Part shown: positions 1-9,500 of the stretch, piece after piece
Layout of the letters: each line of letters opens with the position of its first letter
Position numbering within the stretch: the stretch's first letter is position 1
NCBI GenBank assembly: GCA_014729085.1
Contig: WJKM01000011.1
Coordinates: 46,264-110,263, forward strand
Length of the DNA: 64,000 bases
DNA from: Candidatus Dojkabacteria bacterium
Lineage (GTDB): Bacteria > Patescibacteriota > Dojkabacteria > B142 > WJKM01
Reading direction: 5' to 3'
Position numbers and translations under genes: made by a program
The notes under the pieces: generated by a model
Databases searched by the model: none
What the model saw: the letters and a program-made list of their open reading frames with translations, nothing else
Told to the model about the DNA's origin: nothing

Positions 1-249
1 AAAAAAATAATTACCATAGATAAAAAAAGAGTTAATTTTATCTATCAGGAAAAGTATAAAATTTCTTTAGACACTGTACAAAAACTAGGGAATTTTATAG
101 AAATCGAGGCCTTACTAGGATCAGACAACATTCAAAAAACTCGTAGCGAACTTTTTAACTTAGCAAAAGAACTAGGAGTTGAGACTTCAGAACCTGATAA
201 AAATGGTTATGTTTATCTTCTTATGAAAAAAGAAGGCCTTATTAGATAA
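1..249 (+). CDS. 3' end of a CYTH-like (class IV adenylyl cyclase / triphosphate tunnel) protein; 5' end lies outside the window
   Basis: Frame 1 is open from position 1 to the TAA at 247-249. The C-terminal peptide '...LGNFIEIEALLG...ELGVE...' resembles the CYTH C-terminal motif and the C-terminus of the next ORF. Confidence 0.4.
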   Translation, partial: KKIITIDKKRVNFIYQEKYKISLDTVQKLGNFIEIEALLGSDNIQKTRSELFNLAKELGVETSEPDKNGYVYLLMKKEGLIR

Positions 250-266
250 TATAAATAATTAAAATT

Positions 267-809
267 GTGCATACAGAATTTGAGGCAAAAATTGTAAAAA
301 TAGATAAGACTATAATTAGAAATAAATTAAAAGAACTAGGAGCGAAACTTGTATTTTCTGAAACTAAATTTAAACGGATGATTTTTTCAAATTCATCACT
401 GAAATTACAAAACAGCTGGATTAGGCTTAGACAAGGAGCTGGAAAAACTACGCTCACAATAAAAAAATTCAATGAAAGCTCAAATATTGAATCTTTAGAA
501 GAGGAAGAAATTACAGTACAGGATTTTAACCAAACTCACTCCTTTCTTAAAAAAGTAGGTTTTGTAAAAGTAAATTATATGGAAAATTTGAGAGAAGAAT
601 GGAAAATTAACAATGTTATTTTTGATATAGATACTTGGCCTAAAATTGATCCACTCCTGGAAATAGAATCTGATAGTGAAGATAGCGTAAGAATGTATGT
701 TGAAAAGCTAGGATTCGAGTATCAAAAAGCAGTATTTGGGCCGATAAGTGTAGTGTACGAAAAAATTTATAAGTATAATTTTCAAGATTTAACAAATCTT
801 ATTATATAA
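267..809 (+). CDS. CYTH-domain protein (CyaB/thiamine-triphosphatase-like)
   Basis: 180-aa ORF. The N-terminal 'EFEAKIVKID' matches the CYTH 'ExExKF' start and the C-terminal 'IDPLLEIESDSED' matches the CYTH acidic motif. It is a paralog of the truncated upstream gene. Confidence 0.55.
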   Translation: MHTEFEAKIVKIDKTIIRNKLKELGAKLVFSETKFKRMIFSNSSLKLQNSWIRLRQGAGKTTLTIKKFNESSNIESLEEEEITVQDFNQTHSFLKKVGFVKVNYMENLREEWKINNVIFDIDTWPKIDPLLEIESDSEDSVRMYVEKLGFEYQKAVFGPISVVYEKIYKYNFQDLTNLII

Positions 810-893
810 AATAAGTAATCTATTTATCTAAGGTTGCATAAGTTGTCAAAATATTACAAAATATAAAGTACCCCAATTTTTATAATTACTTGT

Positions 894-1493
894 ATGGGAG
901 AAACAAAAAAACAAATAGAAACCCTCAAAAAAAAAGTAGAAGAACTGGAGAAGGAACTCAAGGAGAACAAAAAGCTTGCTAAAAAAGCTAAAGAGGATGA
1001 AAAGAAACCTATCTATAATCTATATAGTTGGAAAGCTCCAGATAGAATTGTTGTCGAACATAGCAAAACTTGGTACACCATAGTTGTAACCATTGCTGTG
1101 ATTGGTATTTTTTATGCTTTACTAACATATAATTTTTTATTCATACTAGCTATATTAGCAATTATCTTTTTAATCTATGCTATTAATGTCGTTCCTCCGC
1201 TGGAAATGCAAAATCATATTACAAACAAAGGTGTTAGGGTTGGAGATGAATTGTATCTATGGAAAGATATTGACTACTTCTGGGTAACCGAAAGACATGA
1301 TCAACTTCTTTTAAATATTGAACTGAAAAACTACGGAGGTAGAGTAATACTTCTGGTTGGAGAAGCAGATATCAATAAAATCCTAGTCGAAATGGTTAAG
1401 CATGAAGATTATCGCGAACCTAAAGGACTTGCAAGCCTAATAAGCCGTTTAGTAGAAGGAAAACATAAAAAACTAACAGAATTCTCAAAATAG
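894..1493 (+). CDS. hypothetical membrane protein with an N-terminal coiled-coil/Lys-Glu-rich segment and two TM helices
   Basis: 199-aa ORF. The hydrophobic stretch 'TIVVTIAVIGIFYALLTYNFLFILAILAIIFLIYAI' indicates two TM helices. No recognisable catalytic motif. Confidence 0.5.
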   Translation: MGETKKQIETLKKKVEELEKELKENKKLAKKAKEDEKKPIYNLYSWKAPDRIVVEHSKTWYTIVVTIAVIGIFYALLTYNFLFILAILAIIFLIYAINVVPPLEMQNHITNKGVRVGDELYLWKDIDYFWVTERHDQLLLNIELKNYGGRVILLVGEADINKILVEMVKHEDYREPKGLASLISRLVEGKHKKLTEFSK

Positions 1494-1580
1494 TCTCATT
1501 ATTTTCCCAATAATACCTCGAATGTTATAATCTCATGGCATAAAAGGCAGTATGGTTAATATTGGCAAAACCCATGGATT

Positions 1581-1654
1581 GCATCCGTAGCTCAGCTGGA
1601 TAGAGCACAACTTTGCGGAAGTTGAGGCCACAGGTTCGAATCCTGTCGGATGCA
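1581..1654 (+). tRNA. tRNA-Arg (anticodon GCG as read)
   Basis: Cloverleaf read by hand. Acceptor GCATCCG/CGGATGC, D-stem GCTC/GAGC, anticodon stem CAACT/AGTTG with loop TTGCGGA (U33, anticodon GCG, G37), T-stem ACAGG/CCTGT with TTCGAATCC loop, discriminator A. No encoded CCA. GC-rich relative to surroundings. Confidence 0.85.
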
Positions 1655-1762
1655 TTTTCAATATTCACTTCTCTCTGAATCTTTTTATCTCATAATCATT
1701 TAACAAATATCAAAATTAAACCCAATCGTTTAAAGCTTATGTTATGATTGAAATATTTGATA

Positions 1763-1849
1763 GGAAGGTTGCCGGAGCGGTCTAACGGCCAGGTCTCGAA
1801 AACCTTGGGGTGCGCAAGCGCCACGGGGGTTCAAATCCCCCACCTTCCG
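1763..1849 (+). tRNA. tRNA-Ser (anticodon CGA), class II with long variable arm
   Basis: Acceptor GGAAGGT/ACCTTCC, discriminator G73 (typical of bacterial Ser), anticodon loop CTCGAAA (anticodon CGA), about 18-nt GC-rich variable arm, T-arm GGGGG-TTCAAAT-CCCCC. No encoded CCA. Confidence 0.85.
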
Positions 1850-2072
1850 AATTTTGACCAACCTAATACTTCCACAAAATTCCCCTTAACTTTCATACAT
1901 ATAGATTCTTCTTATTTATCCATTCGTTAAAACAAAAACAAGGGTAAGCTTAAGATAAAAATAAAGGTTAGGGTTTGAATTTAGTTCAACAGATTAAACT
2001 TAAAATTTTTATAATTAATGAAATACAAATATTTCTCTGTTAAAATTAAAATATAAATTTTTCAAAACTCTG

Positions 2073-2477
2073 ATGTCAATAAAACAAACAATTTTCACTT
2101 ACCTTGCAACAACACCCATTTTTTTTGCAATTGATCTAATCTGGCTTGGATTAATAGCTAGAAACATGTATCAAAAATACATTGGACACCTAATGGCTGA
2201 TAAGGTGAATTGGGTTTCCGCAATTTTTTTCTATTTAGCATATATCTTAGGTATTATAATCTTTGCAGTAAATCCTGCAAATAAAGAAAACTCCTGGACA
2301 AAGGCGTTATTACTTGGCTCACTTTTCGGATTTTTTACATATGCTACATACGATCTAACTAATCTTGCAACTTTAAAGAATTGGCCTTTAACTATGACCA
2401 TAATTGACATAATCTGGGGGATATTTATTACCTCATTAACTGCGGTTGCAGCATTCTATATATCAAAATTTTTCTAA
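2073..2477 (+). CDS. small integral membrane protein (DUF2177-like)
   Basis: 134-aa ORF with 4 predicted TM helices. 'IDLIWLGLIARNMYQKYIGHLM' resembles the DUF2177 predicted-membrane-protein family. This assignment is from memory, not a search. Confidence 0.45.
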   Translation: MSIKQTIFTYLATTPIFFAIDLIWLGLIARNMYQKYIGHLMADKVNWVSAIFFYLAYILGIIIFAVNPANKENSWTKALLLGSLFGFFTYATYDLTNLATLKNWPLTMTIIDIIWGIFITSLTAVAAFYISKFF

Positions 2478-2480
2478 GAT

Positions 2481-2969
2481 ATGAAAAAATCTAAAATTCA
2501 ATATTTGATAAAAATATTATTTTTTATAATACTTTGTCAAACAGCTGGAATCATTGGATCCATATTTACAACCCCTAATATACAACCCTGGTATTCAAAT
2601 TTAAACAAACCCTTTTTCAATCCTCCAAACTGGATATTTGGACCGGTTTGGATAATTCTTTATACATTAATGGGAATCTCTCTATATCTAATTTCTAAAA
2701 AGATTAAGAAAAATAAAAATGCTGAATCTGCAATAATCATTTTTGTAATCCATCTAGTATTTAATTCTGCGTGGTCTATTGTATTTTTTGGCCTACAAAA
2801 TCTATTTGGAGGACTGGTAGTTATTATAATTTTAAATATTTTTATATTCTATTTGATTTATATCTTTTACAAGATAAATAGAACTGCTTCATTTCTCCTA
2901 ATTCCATATTTATTATGGGTGATGTTTGCAACATTATTAAATATATCGATTTATATTCTGAATAAATAA
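2481..2969 (+). CDS. tspO: TspO/MBR family tryptophan-rich sensory protein
   Basis: 162-aa ORF with 5 TM helices. 'WYSNLNKPFFNPPNWIFGPVWIILYTLMGIS' matches the TspO signature (WY..L.KP.w.PP.wvFgpVWt.LY.lMG). Confidence 0.8.
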   Translation: MKKSKIQYLIKILFFIILCQTAGIIGSIFTTPNIQPWYSNLNKPFFNPPNWIFGPVWIILYTLMGISLYLISKKIKKNKNAESAIIIFVIHLVFNSAWSIVFFGLQNLFGGLVVIIILNIFIFYLIYIFYKINRTASFLLIPYLLWVMFATLLNISIYILNK

Positions 2970-2989
2970 TTTTGTGACCTTAATTAGAC

Positions 2990-3904
2990 ATGAATCAAAG
3001 TTTTAAAATTGTAATTGCTCAAGAATTAGATTTGCTTCCAGAGCAGGAAAGAAGGATTAAAGCTCTGGGCGAAACAACTATTTACCATGACTTTGCTAGA
3101 AATGAAGATGAGTGGTTTGAAAGAGTAAAAGTTGCTGATTTTATTTGTTCGGGAAAATTCGGGCTCAAGAAAAAAATTTATGATCTTAAAGATGTAGTTC
3201 TTTCTCTACCATTTGTAGGTGTAGGTTGGATAGACAAAAATAAAATTAAAGAAAGAAATATTACCGTAACATACTGCCCTGGTTGTAACAAACATGCTGT
3301 TTCGGAATGGGTTATTGGTAATATGATTAACCTTTTTAGAAATATGATGCATTTAAACAAAATAAAAGACATGACAACCAGACAAAACGTAAGGACTTTG
3401 GGACTTTATCACAAAAAAATTTGCATACTCGGTAAGGGGAATATTGGTAAGAAGGTTGGGAAAATATCCAAAAGCCTTGGAATGAATGTCGAATATTTTA
3501 CTCGGGGAGATAATCTTAAAGAAAAAACAAAAAATTCAGATGTTGTTATTAACTGTTTAAGCCTTAATCAAACAACCAAGAATTTATTGAATAAAGATTT
3601 TTTTGATTCCTTAAAAAGAAATTCATTTTTCATTACAGTTACAAGCAAAAATATATATGATACAGATGCTATGCTAGATGCTTTAGAGAAGGGTGTCCTA
3701 GCAGGCATTGCAACTGACTGCGCCCATATTAATGTAGGAAATGCTCAAGATGAATATTACAAACAAATGATAGATAATCCGAAGATTATTGCTACTCCTC
3801 ATATTGCATCAAGAACTGATGTTACCGATAAGATTGCAAATGATATGATGATAGATAACATAGAAAACTATATAAAAGGAAACCCTATTAATATACTCGA
3901 ATAA
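2990..3904 (+). CDS. D-isomer-specific 2-hydroxyacid dehydrogenase family protein (NAD-binding)
   Basis: 304-aa ORF. Rossmann motif 'ILGKGNIGKKVGKI' (GxGxxG) and catalytic-His region 'ATPHIASRT' typical of D-2-hydroxyacid dehydrogenases. Confidence 0.75.
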   Translation: MNQSFKIVIAQELDLLPEQERRIKALGETTIYHDFARNEDEWFERVKVADFICSGKFGLKKKIYDLKDVVLSLPFVGVGWIDKNKIKERNITVTYCPGCNKHAVSEWVIGNMINLFRNMMHLNKIKDMTTRQNVRTLGLYHKKICILGKGNIGKKVGKISKSLGMNVEYFTRGDNLKEKTKNSDVVINCLSLNQTTKNLLNKDFFDSLKRNSFFITVTSKNIYDTDAMLDALEKGVLAGIATDCAHINVGNAQDEYYKQMIDNPKIIATPHIASRTDVTDKIANDMMIDNIENYIKGNPINILE

Positions 3905-4008
3905 AATCCAATTTAAACATTTTCCCTATCTTAGGCTTGTTATACCGCAATTTAGTAAATTCCACTTTACTAGAATTACCCTTTTCAATTCCTCTATAAT
4001 TCCGACAT

Positions 4009-4638
4009 ATGGAAACTTTTTATATTCCTTCATATTCTTTACAAAAACAGGAAACGCAAGACATACTAAGCAAACCGAATGCTGACCAGTTAGGTATTTT
4101 AGCAAATGCAAAAGAAAAACCGCTAGATCCATGGTCGCTAAATTTTTACAATGAGCTTGGCTGGCTAACCATAAGAGAACCCGACTCTTGTTTGGAAAAT
4201 CCTTTACAGCAGTCTCTCATCAGAGAACGTAAAATTGACAAAAAAACTCAATCTTGGAGACATATCGGTAAACCTCCCAATTTTATATTTTGGGACAAGG
4301 ATTTATTTCCTGGAGATCTAGCTCTAATGACCTGGAGTGCTGGTTCTGGATCGCCCAAGATACCTTTCGCAACTGCACAAATACTTCCTAGCTTACAGGT
4401 TGAATCTTATGAAAGAGATATTCTACATGCTCCCTTATCTGAACTTATTTCCATGGGCCTTCAAGGCCATGAAATTTATGGGGATGGGGGTCTTGATTCT
4501 ATGGTAGAATTCTATAGAAGATGTTATCCAGAAAGAAATATAGAATCCGAAAGTTGGTTTGCTGTATATCCATTTCAAATAGAATCTAAACTTTTAAATT
4601 CCAGACAACTATTTTCTCTATATGAACAAAATAGATAG
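4009..4638 (+). CDS. hypothetical protein
   Basis: 209-aa ORF with no motif I recognise. Its 3' end overlaps the next gene by 17 nt, so they are likely co-transcribed. Confidence 0.45.
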   Translation: METFYIPSYSLQKQETQDILSKPNADQLGILANAKEKPLDPWSLNFYNELGWLTIREPDSCLENPLQQSLIRERKIDKKTQSWRHIGKPPNFIFWDKDLFPGDLALMTWSAGSGSPKIPFATAQILPSLQVESYERDILHAPLSELISMGLQGHEIYGDGGLDSMVEFYRRCYPERNIESESWFAVYPFQIESKLLNSRQLFSLYEQNR

Positions 4639-5332
4639 CTTTCATCCGCTACAATTAGAAATCTTAAAAAAACTTCTATTTAATGAATCTCTAAGGTTTA
4701 GCGACATAAAGCCTGATCCAGAAATAGAAAATAGTCAATTTGTTTTTCATTTACAAAGTTTAGTCCAATCGCGACTCGTACGAAAGATTAATAGGTTATA
4801 CAAACTTACTAGGAAAGGCAAAGAACTAGCAAACAGAATAAACGAAAAATCAAATAATCTAAAATTCCAAGCAAAATTGTCTGTCATTCCTGTTTGTGCA
4901 AAAACAGAAAAAAATAATCTGAAGTATTTAATATACACACGTCAAAAACATCCTTTCTTAGGCTGTCAGGGATTTTTATCAGGAAAAGTGAGATATGGCG
5001 AAGAAGTTATTTCAGCTACAAAGAGGACCTTAAGAGAAGAGACAAATCTACAAGCAGAGGCAGAATTAATAGGAATAAAACATTATAGAGTTTATAAAAA
5101 TGATACTGGAGAACTTGTGGAAGATAAAATAATGTTTGTATGTAAAATGGCAAATATCAAAGGAATATTAAAAAATCTGAAAGAAGGAGTAAATGAATGG
5201 GTCGACTTCAGGGAACTAGAAAATTATATAAAGAAACCATTTCCTCAATTTCGAGAATTCCTTGATATATTCAACAACTATGATGGAAAAATTACATTCT
5301 CTGAACATAACCAGTATGTAGATGTTTTTTAA
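4622..5332 (+). CDS. winged-HTH (MarR/PadR-like) N-terminal domain fused to a NUDIX hydrolase domain
   Basis: 236-aa ORF. N-terminal 'LQLEILKKLL...FHLQSLVQSRLVRK...YKLTRKGKEL' reads as a wHTH. A Nudix box follows: 'GKVRYGEEVISATKRTLREETNL' (Gx5Ex7REUxEExGU). Confidence 0.6.
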   Translation: MNKIDSFHPLQLEILKKLLFNESLRFSDIKPDPEIENSQFVFHLQSLVQSRLVRKINRLYKLTRKGKELANRINEKSNNLKFQAKLSVIPVCAKTEKNNLKYLIYTRQKHPFLGCQGFLSGKVRYGEEVISATKRTLREETNLQAEAELIGIKHYRVYKNDTGELVEDKIMFVCKMANIKGILKNLKEGVNEWVDFRELENYIKKPFPQFREFLDIFNNYDGKITFSEHNQYVDVF

Positions 5333-5404
5333 GTGTAATATAATCTGCAAACCAAATGATACTAAAATCAGGACTTTATATTTTACTGAACTCTAGCTTT
5401 GAAC

Positions 5405-6502
5405 TTACTCCGAATCAGAGTAGGTTAAGTTTTGTGTGCCCCAATCTTTGATATCCACGAGAAATGGAATCCAACTATAGAATTCTCCATCTCTGTAAAC
5501 TTCACTTCTTAATAGTAAGTGATACTCATCATTTTCTATCACTTTTATAGCATCAAAGATTTGAATCTCTATAGTCTGGTAGTCATCTAAGGTATTATCA
5601 ACGCTCTGTAATATGGGATGTAACTGTCGCTTATACTTAAAATAGAGAGGATTACTTTCTATTGGTTTATACAAATGTTTAGGAAATATCATCCCGTCCT
5701 TTATCCTTTTATTTAATTCTTCTTTTGAAGCTGCATTGACAGTTTCAAATACTATATCCTCTTCAATTGTATCTTTCACTTGATATAAAGGATAATAAGT
5801 TGAATAATAAATATTAGATTCTGATGATTCAGAAATTAATATTACTTTCCCTGAAGGATAAGTTAAGTTTGGTATACCTTCATATGTAGGAAAAACATAC
5901 AAATCTAACCTATAAAGTTTTGTTTCATTTTCATCTAAACTTTGATCAAAAGGTTTTTGATTATAATATGCTTTTTCAAGATCAGCTCTAGGCAATCTAA
6001 TATTTTTCGGCGTTAATAAAAAATCGTCTTTTGCTAAATACCTATCTTTAATTTCTTCAATAGACATATAATCTTCGGATCTACTTGTAAAATCCCACTT
6101 TGAAATTATATCTTTAACTTCAGACTCAATACGCACCAATTGATCTTTGGGCATACCTTGTTTAAAAATATCGTATGATTGTATGTAAAGTATCTCATCA
6201 CTTTCAGGTACACCCTCAAATTTATCCATATTTATCTGAAAATTTTTATATGTTTTGACTAAATATTCTTGATATGGCTGTGATTTACTCGGTACGAAAG
6301 GAATCTCTTTTTCCTCCTCATTTCTTAACTCTGCTAGTTTAGTCTCGATATCATTTAATATATCCCCTCTAGTTATACTCCTTTCCTGTTTGGGTATACT
6401 CTTCCTTTTCTTTTGAATATTCCCAACCATAATTATACCGCTGGATACAAACAAAATTAGAACAAAAATACTTATAAGAATATATTTAATTTTTACTTTC
6501 AC
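5405..6502 (-). CDS. hypothetical N-terminally membrane-anchored protein; operonic partner immediately downstream of the giant M23/SLH protein
   Basis: 365-aa ORF. It has a signal-anchor 'ILISIFVLILFVSSGIIMV' followed by a Tyr/Glu-rich ectodomain. It starts 17 nt after the stop of the 6520-13485 gene on the same strand. Confidence 0.5.
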   Translation of the reverse strand: MKVKIKYILISIFVLILFVSSGIIMVGNIQKKRKSIPKQERSITRGDILNDIETKLAELRNEEEKEIPFVPSKSQPYQEYLVKTYKNFQINMDKFEGVPESDEILYIQSYDIFKQGMPKDQLVRIESEVKDIISKWDFTSRSEDYMSIEEIKDRYLAKDDFLLTPKNIRLPRADLEKAYYNQKPFDQSLDENETKLYRLDLYVFPTYEGIPNLTYPSGKVILISESSESNIYYSTYYPLYQVKDTIEEDIVFETVNAASKEELNKRIKDGMIFPKHLYKPIESNPLYFKYKRQLHPILQSVDNTLDDYQTIEIQIFDAIKVIENDEYHLLLRSEVYRDGEFYSWIPFLVDIKDWGTQNLTYSDSE

Positions 6503-6519
6503 TACAATCTAAATAATAA

Positions 6520-9500
6520 TTAAATTCTACTAGAAATTTCTGCCATTGCAGATGTAAAAACCCTGTCAGACCAATCTTTGAAATAATATGCGCTAACGCC
6601 CAAATCATACCTGCTATAATATCCTCCTTTCTCGAATAATGGTTTAAACACATCATAAGCAAACTTCTGTAATCTTACATCATCTTCCCATTTCTTGTAA
6701 TCTTCACTATTTTCTTTTGAACTTAAAAATTTACTTAGTTCTTCAATATCTCCCTTATACTCTTCACAGTCTGGTGCGCCCACGTACAAACACTTTTTTG
6801 AAAATGTACTTTTATATTGTTGAATTTCAGGGATTTTAATAAAAATTTCATAATGTAGATGTGAACCCTCCGTATTCCCCGTATTGTCAGAATACGCTAT
6901 CAACTCGCCTTTCTGAACTTCTTTATATTTACTTTGCTTATATAGATTGGACGTATTAGGATCCAGATGTAAATACCTTATCTGATATTTTTCATTCATT
7001 ACATCTACATAATATGCTCCCTGAGAATCCTTTCCCCTGAAATATGCAGTGCCATTTATGGTGGATACCAGTGGTGTATTATTCTGCATACTTATATCTA
7101 TTGCCGCCTTACGTCCATGGCTTAAACACCCACCCGTTGCATTACATAACCAGTCCTGAAATAAATTAAAATTTAGCTGATATTCTTCAGGGGAATTAAT
7201 CCATTTCGTGAGCTCACTCAATTTACGTTCTTCCGTCCAATTCTTAGTTTTCTGTTCGAATTTATTTATGTAAGTTTCTTTTAGAACAGACTCGAAAACA
7301 TCAAAACTTACAGGCGACTCTGTCGATATACAGCCCTGCTCCACATCATCTTCAAATGTCCAGTCCTCAAATTCTCTTCTTGTCATATTCACATAAAATG
7401 CCATAAGATCTCTTTGTACTTGCTGGTCTGGATAAAACATAGATCCCTCCTCTTTTACTCCATAATTTCCAAGACTTTGTATATATTTATAGAACATATA
7501 ATTTCTAGGTACATCTTGAAACAATGGGCTGTTATTTTTACAGCTGTATAAATTTGTAGCTTCAATCAGTATCTTTGCAAGTTGTCCTTTTGTTATATAC
7601 TCATCCGGTTTAAAGGTGCCATCTGAATATCCTTGTATAATTTTCTTATTTCTCAATGTATAAATATGTTCGAAAAATACATGGTCTTCCGGTACATCCG
7701 GAAATCTCTTACCTTCCGTATCTATCTTTAAATTAAAAGCATTCACTATAAATTTTGCTGTCTGGCCTCTTGTTACTAATCTTTTCGGATAGAAATTCCC
7801 ATCGCTATATCCATGAATTATATTTCTTTCTATTAGTTCTTCTATATGCTCCCAATATTTATTCCCGCATACATCTAGCATGCCCTTTCTTGGTTGACAT
7901 TCTTCTGCTGATTCTGCCTCTGCCTGCTCGATTTTTCTTTCTATTTCGCGATCTTCTAGCGTCAATATCTTTTCTTTATTACTCTTTCCGGAAACCATGT
8001 ACTCATTTTCTTCAGCATACCTTATATTGTAAATAAAATTTCGGAAAAGTTCGTCTCCCTCTGCTAAATTATTAATACTATCCCATACTTTCGTCCTAGC
8101 GTAAATAGTATCCCCCACATTCAACTCATCTCCAAGTACCAACTTTTTTGCCCAATTACCGTCTTTTTCGGCCCAAGTAAAAGCATTGTTCAATTCTAAG
8201 TCCCTACCAATTCTATTTTTATAAAGCTGAATTCCAACATGATCAAGCTGCTGATAGAATCTAAACTCGCGAACTGTTTGGTCAAAATATGTCACCTTTA
8301 AATTAAACTGAGCTTGTTTATAGGTAGATACTCCATATATCCACGCTGTATCTTTTTTAGGATTTACCTGTACTTCGGTGATAATAGGGGGACTTGGTTT
8401 ACCATAGAAATACTGAAGTTTCAACTGTCCGTTTTTATCAAATTCCACACCGACTTCTACTTCAAGCGTATCAGAAACAGCTACCTCTGACCCTGTCCCA
8501 TACTCCAAATTATTCACTATTTCCTTATCATTCAAATCTTTCAAATACTTTGACTTCAGCTCGTCAATTCTCTCTTGTGCAATATTTTCCCCAAGAACAT
8601 GTAAAGGATTTCTAGCAAAATCATCCTGAGTTTCGTGTATCTCCAGATGTAAATGACAGCCTTGCTTATCAAGATTATGATCAGGGTTGCCTCTCACATA
8701 ACCAGTATTGCCAGAAAGCCCAATGAGCTGTCCTTTTGCTACTTGGTCACCTTCATTTACCCAAACCTCATTTAAATGCCAATAATGGCTTTCAAGGGTT
8801 TCGCCAGAACTATCGAACAACGAATGCGAAAGGATGACATAATTTGCAGGAGTTTGGGAAGTACTATCATTTCCCATAACAATACCCTCGGTTCCGGTCT
8901 CTTTTACAGTTCCTCCATAGACTGCCTTAACAGGAGTGTTGCAGGGAATTCCAAAATCATCTGCATAGTGAAAATCCTCTTGTCTTGGAGCGAAAGGAAA
9001 AGTCAGCTCAGAAGCATCGCCAAAAGGCATTTCAAAATCAAGCTGAGCTATTTCTTCTAAGTCCAAAGATCCTAATCTACATACATATGCTTTGTGAATA
9101 AAACCAATAGTAAGATCATCCGAAGCAATAACTTTATACCAGTCGTCAAGTTCTTTAATAATTAAAATCTTGTCGCCATTATTTATTAGTTTAGTATTAG
9201 ATACTGAAAACCCGGTATACATATCCCTACTATTCCAGTCAGAGGCCATTTTTAGAGGAATTTCATGATCTAAATTACATACTTTTGCATTTTGGTAGAG
9301 TGGCTCTTCTGGACTTTGGACAGGTATATTGTAATCCGGATTCTTGTCTACAAAAACTCCAGGGATCCATCCTCTTGTTCCATCAGAAAGTCTTATATAG
9401 TACCAAGGGTCAGTTTTCTCTGGTGTTTTCTGAAGAATCTCAAATATTTCTCCAAATCCTATCCTTGTAATTTCAGAAAATTCGAATGAAGGTCCCATCC

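Noticed and set aside
3178-3372. Short antisense ORFs inside annotated genes (for example 3178-3372, 4747-4938, 15211-15459, 15973-16278, 17144-17680, 32326-33477, 48370-48711, 50025-50360, 60429-60996)
   Set aside because: Each is embedded antisense in a longer ORF with recognisable domains. None has its own motifs.
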